Source: Pseudomonadota bacterium
GTDB taxonomy: Bacteria; Pseudomonadota; Alphaproteobacteria; Micavibrionales; UBA2020
NCBI GenBank assembly: GCA_021849295.1
Contig: JAJZTA010000006.1
Span: forward strand, 18,173 to 82,172
Direction of reading: 5' to 3'
Length of the DNA stretch: 64,000 bases
The notes beneath the pieces are model-generated. The model was not told the DNA's origin, made no database searches, and worked only from the letters and a program-made list of their open reading frames with translations. This document shows, in pieces, positions 21,230 through 31,261 of this stretch. The first letter of the stretch is position 1, and each line of letters starts with the position of its first letter. Both the position numbers and the translations under genes were made by a program.

Positions 21230-22285
21230 TCAGAGCTTCTTGGTTTGCGCTTTTTTTTCCGGCTTTGTGTCGTTGGCAGGCTTCAGGGCGTTTTTGGCAA
21301 AGGCCTGCTCGATCACGTCGTCGACCGCCGCGCTGACGTCGTTGAACTTTTGCGTCGTCAGCTTCACGCCCCTGAAGTAGGCTGTGTAGTATGCGCTCAT
21401 GCCATAGCCTTCGTCGTTGCCGGTATATTCCGTGATCGTTTGTGGATCTTCCGCCGAAACCTCGAGCCGCAGGGGAATGAGATCGCCCTGAATATTGGTC
21501 TTGATAACTGCTTTTTCATGCACGTCGTCGACATTCGCCGAATATTTGAAATCGACATGCGGCGACTGCTGCAAAACGTTCAGCCCTTTTTCCAGCTCGC
21601 CGACGACCTTGCGCAAGGTTTCCATCCGCGCCTGACGCCCGGCGTCGTCCGACGCGCAGATTTCACGCGCCGCCTCTTCCATTTCGCGCACCTTGAGTTG
21701 CGCTTTTTCCTCTATCGTGCCTTCGGTCAGAATCTTCTGCTTTTCCTTCCAGCGCGCGGCCTCTTCGGGATCGCGGGTCAGCGCCAGCAGCTCCGCGATG
21801 GTCTGATTGCCGCTCGCGCGCGCGTTCTCGAGGGCCTTTTCAGTCACCTCGACCTTGTGGTCCACCAGAAAGCAGACGGCGGCCTCCTGCCCTTCGGCGG
21901 CGGCTCTCTCCAGCGCCGGCTTCATGTCGGCGCCCGACTTCAGTGCGACCTCGAGCATCGGCACGCTGCCGAATGCGAAGATGGTCTGCAGCGCGCTGGC
22001 GATGTCGTATTTTTTGTCGACCAGATACCGGAGAAATTCGGTGTTGTTGCAAATGGCCGCCCTTTGCATGGTGTAATCCGTCACCTTGGCGCCCTTTTCG
22101 ACCAGATATTCGGCGATATCCTCATAATGCCCGCCCACCGCGGCGTCCAGCGCCGTGAGGTCGCTGTCGCTCTCAATTGCATTGACGGGAACGCCCTTTT
22201 CCTCAACCCAGTAGATCACCCCGCCCAGCTTGCCCATGCGGGCGGCGGCCACCATTTTGTCGATTTTGCTTTGTTTTCCGAACAT
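21230..22285 (-). CDS. Ankyrin-repeat protein
   Basis: TALDAAVGGHYEDIAEYLVEKGA, ALERAAAEGQEAAVCFLV, ALENARASGNQTIAELL; GGAGAG RBS before 22285. Confidence 0.75.
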   Translation of the reverse strand: MFGKQSKIDKMVAAARMGKLGGVIYWVEEKGVPVNAIESDSDLTALDAAVGGHYEDIAEYLVEKGAKVTDYTMQRAAICNNTEFLRYLVDKKYDIASALQTIFAFGSVPMLEVALKSGADMKPALERAAAEGQEAAVCFLVDHKVEVTEKALENARASGNQTIAELLALTRDPEEAARWKEKQKILTEGTIEEKAQLKVREMEEAAREICASDDAGRQARMETLRKVVGELEKGLNVLQQSPHVDFKYSANVDDVHEKAVIKTNIQGDLIPLRLEVSAEDPQTITEYTGNDEGYGMSAYYTAYFRGVKLTTQKFNDVSAAVDDVIEQAFAKNALKPANDTKPEKKAQTKKL

Positions 22286-22582
22286 GATCCACTCTCCATT
22301 AACCTTTGCCGCAGCGGCATAATTCATCTGAATATATTGCCATAAATATATAAAATATGCAAATACAACATTATTGAAAATAATATTGAGAAAAATCATA
22401 TTATTAGCTATAATAAAGGTTAACGGGCAGCGAGTCGCTTTGGAAAACCGCACTTTTCCCTTGAATTTACCTATGATTCTCGGTTATTAATCCTGCACCC
22501 GATAACCAACAAACGGGCCGCCGGCATGACCGTGTCATGTTCGAAATTTACGGGCCCTGCAAAATTTAATGGGATGAGAGCT

Positions 22583-23029
22583 ATGAACGATCTTGAGAAA
22601 TTTGAACAGCGCCAGCGCGAACAACTGGTCGCACAACAGAAAAAAATCCCCGTCTTCGCCCCCGGCGACACCGTCCGCGTCAACGTGAAAATCGCTGAAG
22701 GCAGCGGCGACAAGGAAAAAATCCGCATTCAGGCCTACGAAGGCGTCTGCATCGCCCGCGGCGGCAAAGGCCTCAACCAGAGCTTCACGGTTCGCAAGAT
22801 CTCCTACGGCGAAGGCGTCGAACGCGTGTTCCCGCTGTACAGCCCGAGCATTGACAGTATCGAGCTGGTGCGCCGCGGCACGGTGCGCCGTTCCAAGCTC
22901 TACTACCTGCGCGACCGCAGCGGCAAATCCGCCCGCATCACCGAGCGTACGGATTCTTATGAACAGGACAGCAAGACGGAATCGACCAAAGAAGCCGCCG
23001 CGACCGAGAAAAAGGCCGCCGTCGGTTAA
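22583..23029 (+). CDS. rplS: 50S ribosomal protein L19
   Basis: [46 protein letters not shown]. Confidence 0.97.
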   Translation: MNDLEKFEQRQREQLVAQQKKIPVFAPGDTVRVNVKIAEGSGDKEKIRIQAYEGVCIARGGKGLNQSFTVRKISYGEGVERVFPLYSPSIDSIELVRRGTVRRSKLYYLRDRSGKSARITERTDSYEQDSKTESTKEAAATEKKAAVG

Positions 23030-23054
23030 ACCGTCTTACATAATACTAATACAG

Positions 23055-23082
23055 AACAGCCCCTCGCAAGAGGGGCTGTTTT
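23055..23082 (+). terminator. Intrinsic terminator
   Basis: AACAGCCCCTC-GCAA-GAGGGGCTGTTTT. Confidence 0.8.
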
Positions 23083-23127
23083 GCTTTATAAATAGTGGCT
23101 CGGAAATCAGAAAAGGGATGAAGAGCC

Positions 23128-24534
23128 ATGACGAAACCCCGCACTCTGTTCGAGAAAATCTGGGATAGCCACGTTGTCCGTACCGGTGATGACGGCTCCT
23201 GCATCCTCTACATCGACCGCCATCTCGTGCATGAAGTCACCAGCCCGCAGGCCTTTGAAGGTTTGCGCATGTCCAACCGCCGCGTGCGCCGCACCGACGC
23301 GACCCTCGCCGTCGCCGACCACAACGTGCCGACCTCCGACCGCTCCCAAGGCATCAAGGACGAGGAAAGCCGCGTGCAGGTCGACGCGCTCACCCAGAAC
23401 GCCAAGGACTTCGGCGTGCAGCTTTTCGACATGAACGACAAGCGTCAGGGCATCGTCCATGTCATCGGGCCCGAGCAGGGCTTCACCCTCCCCGGCACGA
23501 CCATCGTCTGCGGCGACAGCCACACCGCGACCCACGGCGCGTTCGGCGCATTGGCTTTTGGAATTGGCACCTCGGAAGTCGAGCATGTGCTGGCGACGCA
23601 AACACTCCAGCAAAAGCCCGCCAAGAACATGCGCATCACCGTCGAAGGCAAATTGCCTGCGGGCGTGACGGCGAAAGACGTGATCCTCGCCATCATCGGA
23701 AAGATCGGCACCGCGGGCGGCACGGGTCACGTGCTGGAATTCGCGGGCGACGCCATCAAAAGTCTCTCGATGGAAGGCCGCATGACCGTCTGCAACATGG
23801 CGATCGAGGCGGGCGCGCGCGCCGGCCTGATTGCGCCCGACGAAACCACCTTCGCCTATCTCAAAGGCAGACCGATGGCGCCGAAAGGCGCGGAATGGGA
23901 CAAGGCCGTGATGTACTGGAAGACCCTGCCGTCGGACGCGGGCGCGACCTACGACAAGGAAGTCACGCTCAAAGCCGAAGACATCATCCCGCAAGTCACC
24001 TGGGGCACCAGCCCCGAGGCCGTCCTCCCCATCACCGGCAACGTGCCCGATCCGTCCGAACTGCCCGAAGGCGACAAGAAAGCCGCCATGACCCGCGCAC
24101 TGGAATACATGGGCCTTAGCCCTAACGAAAAGCTGACCGACGTGAAGATCGACAAAGTCTTCATCGGCTCCTGCACCAATTCGCGCATCGAAGATTTGCG
24201 CGCCGCCGCCGCCATCGCCAAGGGCCGCAAGGTGGCCGAAGGCGTTTACGCGATGGTCGTGCCGGGCTCCGGCCTCGTCAAGGAACAGGCGGAACAGGAG
24301 GGACTCGACAAAATCTTCAAGGACTCCGGCTTCGACTGGCGCGAGCCCGGCTGCTCGATGTGCCTTGCGATGAACGCCGACAAGCTGAACCCCGGCGAGC
24401 GCTGCGCCGCCACCTCGAACCGCAACTTTGAAGGACGGCAGGGCCGCGGCGGACGCACACACCTGATGAGCCCCGCCATGGCGGCCGCCGCCGCTGTCAC
24501 AGGTCACTTAACGGATGTACGTGAACTAAACTAA
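23128..24534 (+). CDS. leuC: 3-isopropylmalate dehydratase large subunit
   Basis: [43 protein letters not shown]. Confidence 0.98.
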   Translation: MTKPRTLFEKIWDSHVVRTGDDGSCILYIDRHLVHEVTSPQAFEGLRMSNRRVRRTDATLAVADHNVPTSDRSQGIKDEESRVQVDALTQNAKDFGVQLFDMNDKRQGIVHVIGPEQGFTLPGTTIVCGDSHTATHGAFGALAFGIGTSEVEHVLATQTLQQKPAKNMRITVEGKLPAGVTAKDVILAIIGKIGTAGGTGHVLEFAGDAIKSLSMEGRMTVCNMAIEAGARAGLIAPDETTFAYLKGRPMAPKGAEWDKAVMYWKTLPSDAGATYDKEVTLKAEDIIPQVTWGTSPEAVLPITGNVPDPSELPEGDKKAAMTRALEYMGLSPNEKLTDVKIDKVFIGSCTNSRIEDLRAAAAIAKGRKVAEGVYAMVVPGSGLVKEQAEQEGLDKIFKDSGFDWREPGCSMCLAMNADKLNPGERCAATSNRNFEGRQGRGGRTHLMSPAMAAAAAVTGHLTDVRELN

Positions 24535-24535
24535 C

Positions 24536-24616
24536 CGCCATGCCGGACTTGTTCCGGCATCCATAATGTTTTGCATGTAACACATGCGTGGACGCCGGAA
24601 TAAATCCGGCGTGGCG
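24536..24616. repeat. REPIN-like element (two inverted REP palindromes)
   Basis: CGCCATGCCGGACTTGTTCCGGCATCCA ... TGGACGCCGGAATAAATCCGGCGTGGCG (24/28 inverted match); each arm is itself a hairpin. Confidence 0.8.
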
Positions 24617-24633
24617 AAAAAGGGAGAAGAAGG

Positions 24634-25227
24634 ATGCAGAAGTTTACAATATTAAAAGGCATCGCCGCGCCACTGCCCGTGCCGAATGTCGATACGGACA
24701 AAATCATCCCCAAGCAATATCTCAAGACCATCGAGCGCACGGGGCTGGGCAAATATTTATTTGATGAAATACGTTTTACATCCGACCGCACCGAAATTCC
24801 CGATTTCGTGCTCAACAAGGAGCCCTACCGCAAGGCGAGCATCCTCGTCGCGGGGGAGAACTTCGGCTGCGGCTCGTCGCGCGAGCACGCGCCGTGGGCG
24901 CTGCTCGATTTCGGCATCCGTTGCGTGATCGCGCCCTCCTTTGCCGACATCTTCTACAACAACTGCTTCAAGAACGGCATTCTGCCCCTCGCCCTGCCCG
25001 CCAACGACGTTGCAAAGCTGATGAAAGAGGCGGAAGCACAAAAAGAGATCACCGTCGATCTTCCCAACCAGAAAGTCGAAGGTTTTTCGTTCGATATCGA
25101 CCCGTTCCGCAAGCACTGCCTGATCGAAGGGCTGGACGACATCGGCCTGACGCTCGAGCACGAGCAGGACATCACAAGATTCGAAAAACGACAGAAGGGA
25201 AGCCAGCCGTGGCTTTATCAAGCATGA
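24634..25227 (+). CDS. leuD: 3-isopropylmalate dehydratase small subunit
   Basis: [37 protein letters not shown]. Confidence 0.98.
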   Translation: MQKFTILKGIAAPLPVPNVDTDKIIPKQYLKTIERTGLGKYLFDEIRFTSDRTEIPDFVLNKEPYRKASILVAGENFGCGSSREHAPWALLDFGIRCVIAPSFADIFYNNCFKNGILPLALPANDVAKLMKEAEAQKEITVDLPNQKVEGFSFDIDPFRKHCLIEGLDDIGLTLEHEQDITRFEKRQKGSQPWLYQA

Positions 25228-26357
25228 GAAACATCGTCCTCCTGCCCGGCGACGGGCTCGGCCCTGAAGTGGTTGGCGAAGCCGCCAAGGTCATCGGCTG
25301 GTTCAACGACAATTTCGACACCAAGATCAAACCCGAACAGGGCGACATCGGCGGGGGCTCCTACGACAAGCACGGCACGCCGCTCTCCGACGAAACCTTG
25401 GACAAATGCCGCAAAGCCGACGCCATCCTGCTCGGCGCGGTCGGCGGGCCGAAGTGGGACAAGGTCGATTACAAGCTCCGCCCCGAGGCGGGCTTGCTGA
25501 AACTCCGCAAGGAACTCGACCTGTTCGCCAATCTCCGTCCCGCCAAAGTGTTCGACGCGCTCATCGACGCCTCGACGCTGAAGCCCGAAGTGGTCAAGGG
25601 ACTCGACATCCTCATCGTGCGCGAGCTCACCGGCGGCGTTTACTTCGGCGAGCCGCGCGGCATCGAAACCCTGCCCGACGGCACGCGCAAAGGCGTCAAC
25701 ACGCAGGTTTACACCACGGCGGAGATCATCCGCGTCGCGCGCGTCGCCTTCGAACTGGCGCGCAAGCGTAATAAAAAAGTCACCTCGTGCGAAAAAGCCA
25801 ACGTGATGGAATCGGGCAAACTGTGGCGCGAGGAAGTGACCGCGCTCCACGACAAAGAATACAAAGACGTGGAACTCTCCCACATGTACGCCGACAACTG
25901 CGCGATGCAGCTGCTGCGAAACCCTTCGCAATTCGACGTCATCGTCACCGACAATCTTTTCGGCGACATTCTCTCGGACGAAGCCTCGATGCTCACCGGC
26001 TCGCTCGGCATGCTGCCCTCCGCATCGCTCGGCGCGGAAAAAGCCGACGGCAAGCGCGCCGCCGTATACGAGCCGATCCACGGCTCCGCGCCCGACATCG
26101 CGGGCAAAAACATCGCCAACCCGCTCGCCACCATTTTGAGCGTCGCGATGATGCTGCGCTATTCCTTCAATCTTTTCAAAGAGGCCGACCTGCTGGAAGC
26201 GGCGGTCGAAAGCGTGCTCGCCAAGGGCTACCGCACCGCCGACATCATGCCGACGGACGGCGGCAAGGGCTGCCAGAAGCTTTCCACCTCCAGCATGGGC
26301 GAAACGCTGGTCAAGGAACTGGACGCGCTGAAACCGAAAATGGCGGCGCGCGCATGA
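25224..26357 (+). CDS. leuB: 3-isopropylmalate dehydrogenase
   Basis: [53 protein letters not shown] overlap with leuD. Confidence 0.97.
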   Translation: MRNIVLLPGDGLGPEVVGEAAKVIGWFNDNFDTKIKPEQGDIGGGSYDKHGTPLSDETLDKCRKADAILLGAVGGPKWDKVDYKLRPEAGLLKLRKELDLFANLRPAKVFDALIDASTLKPEVVKGLDILIVRELTGGVYFGEPRGIETLPDGTRKGVNTQVYTTAEIIRVARVAFELARKRNKKVTSCEKANVMESGKLWREEVTALHDKEYKDVELSHMYADNCAMQLLRNPSQFDVIVTDNLFGDILSDEASMLTGSLGMLPSASLGAEKADGKRAAVYEPIHGSAPDIAGKNIANPLATILSVAMMLRYSFNLFKEADLLEAAVESVLAKGYRTADIMPTDGGKGCQKLSTSSMGETLVKELDALKPKMAARA

Positions 26358-27664
26358 AAAAGATTCTCCTCGGCGCTTTTCTCGCCCTGCTGTTGTATTT
26401 GTCCGTGCAGGCGGCGCAGGCGGGATCTCCGGCGCCGCTGGCCTATGTCGTCCGCGTGCAGCAGGACATCACCCCCGCCTCCGCCGACTTCATCCACGAC
26501 CAGCTGAAAAAGGCCGCGGCGCAAAACGCAGCCGTCTTCATCATCGAGCTGGATACGCCGGGCGGCCTGATGGACAGCATGAAAGCGATCGTGCAGGACA
26601 TCATCGCCTCGCCCGTGCCGGTGGTGACCTATGTCTCCCCCCCGGGCGCGCATGCCGCCAGCGCCGGCACCTATATCATGTACGCGAGCGAGATCGCCGC
26701 GATGGCGCCCGCAACCAACCTCGGCGCGGCGACGCCGGTCATGATGGGTCAGGAAGGCGCAAAACCGCAATCCGTGCTGGAAAAGAAAATGGCCAGCGAC
26801 GCCGCCGCCTACATCCGCGGCCTCGCCGACATGCGCGGGCGCAACGCCGACTGGGCGGCGATGGCCGTCAACAAGTCCGTCAGCCTGACGGCGACGGAAG
26901 CCCTGCAGAAACACGTCATCAACGTCATGGCCGACAACGTGCCCGATCTCCTGAAGAAGATCGACGGCATGCAGGTCAAGGTCGGCGAACGGTCGGAAAC
27001 GCTGCACACCGCGGGCGCGACGGTCGAATATCACAAGGGCAACTGGCGCGCGCGGCTGCTCGCGGCCATCACCGACCCCAACATCACCTATCTGCTGATG
27101 ATCATCGGCTTTTGGGGCATCATCATCGAGTTTTCGCACCCCGGCGCGATCTTCCCCGGCATCACCGGAGCGGTCTGCATTCTGCTGTGGCTTTACGCCA
27201 TGAACATTCTGCCGGTCAACTACACCGGCGTCGCGCTGATCATGCTCGGCATCGCCTGCATGACGGCGGAGGCCTTCATGCCGACGATCGGCGTGCTCGG
27301 CGTCGGCGGCGCGGCGGCCTTCGCCATCGGCAGCGTGCTGATGTTCAACGTGCCGGGCTTCGCCGTCTCCTACTGGCTGATCGGCCTCGTGACGCTGGTC
27401 AGCCTCGCTTTTCTCTCCTTCATCCTCGCCATCCTTATCAAGGACCGCAGGAAGCCTTCCACCGTCGGCCCCGAAACGATGGTCGGCATGGCGGGCAAAG
27501 TCGTCGAGTGGAACGGCAAAGAGGGCGCGGTACGCGTCAACGGCGCGGTGTGGAAAGCGGAAAGCGCCGTCGCCTGCACGCTCGCAAAAGGCGACAAAGT
27601 AAAGATTACCGCGGTGAACGGACTTTGCGTCACCATCGATCCCAACCAATCCGTTTCAACATAA
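26354..27664 (+). CDS. nfeD: NfeD-family membrane-bound serine protease
   Basis: Signal peptide, [24 protein letters not shown] helices, C-terminal OB-like domain; adjacent to an SPFH gene. Confidence 0.9.
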   Translation: MKKILLGAFLALLLYLSVQAAQAGSPAPLAYVVRVQQDITPASADFIHDQLKKAAAQNAAVFIIELDTPGGLMDSMKAIVQDIIASPVPVVTYVSPPGAHAASAGTYIMYASEIAAMAPATNLGAATPVMMGQEGAKPQSVLEKKMASDAAAYIRGLADMRGRNADWAAMAVNKSVSLTATEALQKHVINVMADNVPDLLKKIDGMQVKVGERSETLHTAGATVEYHKGNWRARLLAAITDPNITYLLMIIGFWGIIIEFSHPGAIFPGITGAVCILLWLYAMNILPVNYTGVALIMLGIACMTAEAFMPTIGVLGVGGAAAFAIGSVLMFNVPGFAVSYWLIGLVTLVSLAFLSFILAILIKDRRKPSTVGPETMVGMAGKVVEWNGKEGAVRVNGAVWKAESAVACTLAKGDKVKITAVNGLCVTIDPNQSVST

Positions 27665-27676
27665 GGAGAATTTTAC

Positions 27677-28408
27677 ATGGACGGCCTCGGCGTACTCGTC
27701 ATATTTCTGATCATCTTCATCCCCATGGTCTTCCGCATTCTGCCGGAATACCAGAAGGGCGTCGTCTATACCCTTGGCCGCTCCTCACCGCCGAAAGGTC
27801 CGGGCGTCGTCGTGCTGATCCCGCTCGTCCAGCGCATGATGCGCGTCGACATGCGCGTGCGCACCATGAACGTGCCCTCGCAGGACGTGATCTCGCGCGA
27901 CAACATCTCCGTCAAGGTGAACGCCGTGGTCTACTTCAGCGTCACCGACGTCAACAAGGCGATCAACCAGGTCGAGAACTACGTGCAGGCCATCATGGAG
28001 CTGTCGCAGACCAAGCTGCGCGCCGTTCTCGGCAAGCACGAGCTTGACGAGATTCTCGGCGAGCGCGACAAGCTCTCCACCGACATCCGCACCCTGCTCG
28101 ACGAAAGCACCGAGCAGTGGGGCATCAAGGTCTCCTCCGTCGAGCTCAAGAACATCGACATCGACCCCTCGATGATTCAGGCCATCGGCCGTCAGGCGCA
28201 GGCGGAACGCGAACGCCGCGCCAAGATCATCAGCGCGGAAGGCGAACAGCAGGCCGCCGCCAAGCTGGTCGAAGCCGCACAGACCCTCGCCACCGACCCC
28301 GGCGCGATGCAGCTGCGCTATCTCGCCGCCGTGCAGGACATCTCGGACGACAAGACCAAGACCATCCTCCTGCCGCTGCCGATGGAGATCCTCAAGCGGT
28401 TTATATGA
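27677..28408 (+). CDS. Stomatin/SPFH domain protein
   Basis: QDVISRDNISVKVNAVVYF, QAQAERERRAKII, AMQLRYL. Confidence 0.93.
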   Translation: MDGLGVLVIFLIIFIPMVFRILPEYQKGVVYTLGRSSPPKGPGVVVLIPLVQRMMRVDMRVRTMNVPSQDVISRDNISVKVNAVVYFSVTDVNKAINQVENYVQAIMELSQTKLRAVLGKHELDEILGERDKLSTDIRTLLDESTEQWGIKVSSVELKNIDIDPSMIQAIGRQAQAERERRAKIISAEGEQQAAAKLVEAAQTLATDPGAMQLRYLAAVQDISDDKTKTILLPLPMEILKRFI

Positions 28409-28432
28409 TTGAAATAACTAAATTTTTCAGAC

Positions 28433-28467
28433 AAGCCCCACCCGTTAAACGGCGGGGCTTTCTTTTT
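28433..28467 (+). terminator. Intrinsic terminator
   Basis: AAGCCCC...GGGGCTT stem followed by TCTTTTT. Confidence 0.7.
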
Positions 28468-28551
28468 GGGAGCAGCTTTTTATTGACATAATATGTAAAT
28501 CGCTATACCATCAGCCAATCGGACAACACATTTTTAAAAGAGGAATTCGCC

Positions 28552-28908
28552 ATGTCAGGTCTCATTTTAAACGGCAACACCACCTTGATCCTCGTGCAGG
28601 AAGGCCTCAAAAAGGCCATCAAAACGACCGGCGCCAAACAAAGCGGCGGCGTCGAGCTGGCCGACCTCGCGCGCGAATTCCGCAAATGCGAAAAAGCGAT
28701 CAATGAAGGGACCGCCTCGAGACTCGTCGCCGGCAACCCGCAGCTGGACGAAGTCGAGAAAACGCTGATCGCGTCCTTCAACGCCGCCTCGAACGCCAAC
28801 GACAACGCCGCGCTTGTGGCTTTGTCCAAGGAAATCCGCCAGTACGAAAAAGAACTCAACAAACCGGCTACAACGGCGAGCAAGCCGACGGGAAATCCGG
28901 CCCTTTAA
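28552..28908 (+). CDS. Hypothetical protein
   Basis: GAGGA RBS, host-like codon usage, 118 aa; no recognised domain. Confidence 0.6.
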   Translation: MSGLILNGNTTLILVQEGLKKAIKTTGAKQSGGVELADLAREFRKCEKAINEGTASRLVAGNPQLDEVEKTLIASFNAASNANDNAALVALSKEIRQYEKELNKPATTASKPTGNPAL

Positions 28909-29471
28909 GGCTTTAATCCCTCGCGCACGGCCTGCACGCATTTTTTCACCAGACGGGGATTGTCGCGGATGCCGCGGCTGAACTCCAGTTGCACGCCCTG
29001 CCCCGAGCGGTTGCGGTTGCAGATGTTTTTCGGGTTTTTGCCGCCCTGATATTTGTGGCTGCCGTCGGCGACGGCGCGCACGCCCGCCTTGTTGAAGGCG
29101 GCTTTCAGCTTCGTTTGCAGTTTTTTGTCGCGCGCGCTCATGTAGACGACCCGCTGGCGCGGGCGGCAGCCGTGAATGGTCACCGTCACGTCCGCTTTGC
29201 TCAAGAGATCGAGGCAGCGCGGCTCGTCGAAATGCGCGCTCGTCACGTGCAGCTCCTCGAAGGCGTTCTTTTTCAGCCCCTGGAAAACATAGAAGCTGTG
29301 CTCCCGGCCGGCGATGTCCGCCGCCATTTTGCCCGTGCTCCACTCCATCTTGCCGCCGTGCGGCGCGACGATGGCGACTTTGCTGCCGGGCACCTTGCGC
29401 ACGACGATGTCGTAGTCCACGCCTTCTGTGTTGTGATTGGCCAGATGTTCGAAATTTCTGAATTTATCCAA
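28905..29471 (-). CDS. Poly-gamma-glutamate hydrolase family (DUF867/YjqB-like)
   Basis: APHGGKME, LHVTSAHFDEP, TIHG, NICNR, GVQLEFS; TTG start chosen after GGGAGA. Confidence 0.8.
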   Translation of the reverse strand: MDKFRNFEHLANHNTEGVDYDIVVRKVPGSKVAIVAPHGGKMEWSTGKMAADIAGREHSFYVFQGLKKNAFEELHVTSAHFDEPRCLDLLSKADVTVTIHGCRPRQRVVYMSARDKKLQTKLKAAFNKAGVRAVADGSHKYQGGKNPKNICNRNRSGQGVQLEFSRGIRDNPRLVKKCVQAVREGLKP

Positions 29472-29527
29472 GCGAAGTCTCCCATCGAAGCAACAGGGAG
29501 AAAAACTATCCCGAATATCCAATTATG

Positions 29528-30562
29528 TCAATGGCAGTTGTATCTTTGCAGCGCGGCCTGCGTTTTCTGATAGAGCGGCCCCGTATCGTGCGGAAAATCC
29601 TTGTGAATTTGCTTCAGGGAGAGGCAGGCGTCGTTGACGCGGTCTATCTTGGAGAGCGACAGCCCGAGCTTGTAAAGGCTGTCTTCCGCCTTGCTGCTCT
29701 TGGGATATTTCTGATAGCCGGTGGCAAAGGCGCGTGCGGCCTCCTTGTATTTGCCTTGCGCGTAATAGATCTCCGCCATCCAGTATTCGGCATTGGCGCA
29801 CAGGCGGCTGTCCGGATAGCGTTGCAGGAAGCTTGTGAACTTAGCCTGCGCGTCGGCGTATTTGTGGGCGCGCACGTCGGCGAAGGCGCTGTCGTACAGT
29901 TTTTGCGCGCCCTTGTGACCGCCGAGCGTGCCGAGCGTCTGGGACTGCACTTGCGTCTTGCCCTGTCACAATGTTTGCGTTTGCATCGGCATCTGGTTTT
30001 GCAGCTGCGACGGCGGGGCGGCGTTATCTGTCGTAGCGGAACCGTTCGGCGGCGGAACCGTCGAGACCGGCGGCACGGCGTTCACGCCCGTGGCGGGCGG
30101 ATTGACCATCGTCGAGTCGCCGTCGGGCGCGGGCCCGCGCTGCCCGAGCTGCGCGAAGCGCTCGTCGGTGTCCGACTGCATGCGGTTGACGCGGGTGGTG
30201 AGCTGCTGCATCTGGAAGCCGAGCTTCTCGATCTGCCCCGTCAGGGCCTGCTGCTCGTTCTCCAGCGCGGTAATGCGGGTATAGAAATCCGACAGCGCGG
30301 CGGGGCTCATGCTGTTGCCGCCCTGCTGCTTGGCGGCGTCCGATGCCAGCTCGGAGATCGCGGCCTTGTTGCCCTGATAGACGGCGCGGCTCAGGGTCTG
30401 CACCTGATTTTGCAGCTCGTCGATGCGGTTGAGGATCTGTCCGTTATCCGCGGTGCTCGCCGCGTCCATCTGCGCGCGCGCCGACGCGGCGCAGCAAACG
30501 GCGAACAAGGCGCCCGCGGCAAGCAGGAGCCTTGTTCTGCCTTTTGAAAAGGAACGGACCAT
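29528..30562 (-). pseudogene. cpoB: Tol-Pal protein CpoB/YbgF interrupted by an in-frame TGA at 29966-29968
   Basis: N-terminal coiled coil (ITALENEQQALTGQIEKL) and C-terminal TPR (ANAEYWMAEIYY, KAEDSLYKLGLSL) lie in one frame separated by a single TGA; follows pal. Confidence 0.75.
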
Positions 30563-30576
30563 CGTCTTCTACAGAC

Positions 30577-31113
30577 TTACTGGACGACCAGAACGGCGCG
30601 GCGGTTCTGCGCCCAGGCTTGCGGATTGCTGCCCAGCACGGCCGGACGCTCCTTGCCGTAGGAGATCGTCTGCAGGCGCGAGGCGTTGACGCCCAGCGCG
30701 ACGAGATAGTTGCGCACCGCGACGGCGCGCTTCTCGCCGAGCGCGAGGTTGTATTCTTCCGTGCCGCGCTCGTCGCAATAGCCCTGAATGACGACATTGA
30801 CGTTCGGGTACTGCTTCAGCCACTGCGCCTGCTTCTCGATGGTCGCGCGGGCTTCGGCACTGAGGTCGTATTTGTTGGTGGCGAAGAAGGAGCGGTCGCC
30901 GACGTTGACGACGAGGTCCTGCTCCGAACCCGGCGCCGGGCCTTGCGTTTGCGGCAGACCCGCCTGCGACACGGACGAAGACGGGCTGGTGAGGTTGGCC
31001 GGCGGCATCGAGCCGGTGGTATCGACCGCGCCGATATCGCTGTTCTGGTGGCTGCAGGCCGAGCAGAACAGCAGAGTGGAAACAGCCAACATGCTTAATA
31101 TACGCTTACCCAT
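30577..31113 (-). CDS. pal: Peptidoglycan-associated lipoprotein
   Basis: Lipobox, GYCDERGTEEYNLALGEKRA, ISYGKERP, NRRAV. Confidence 0.95.
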   Translation of the reverse strand: MGKRILSMLAVSTLLFCSACSHQNSDIGAVDTTGSMPPANLTSPSSSVSQAGLPQTQGPAPGSEQDLVVNVGDRSFFATNKYDLSAEARATIEKQAQWLKQYPNVNVVIQGYCDERGTEEYNLALGEKRAVAVRNYLVALGVNASRLQTISYGKERPAVLGSNPQAWAQNRRAVLVVQ

Positions 31114-31261
31114 ATGATAAATCTCCTTATATAGATTTGGGCAAAAATTCCTGGATCGCGGCGCCTGTGCCGTAACTCACAATCGAGCCGCGCACCACCG
31201 CTTCGATATAAAAACATATTTTTGCGGCACGGGATAGCCTTCTCTGCTATAAGCTGGTCAC

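Noticed and set aside
29966..29968. Selenocysteine recoding of the cpoB TGA
   Set aside because: No evident SECIS-like hairpin downstream, and the site is in a linker rather than a Cys-equivalent position
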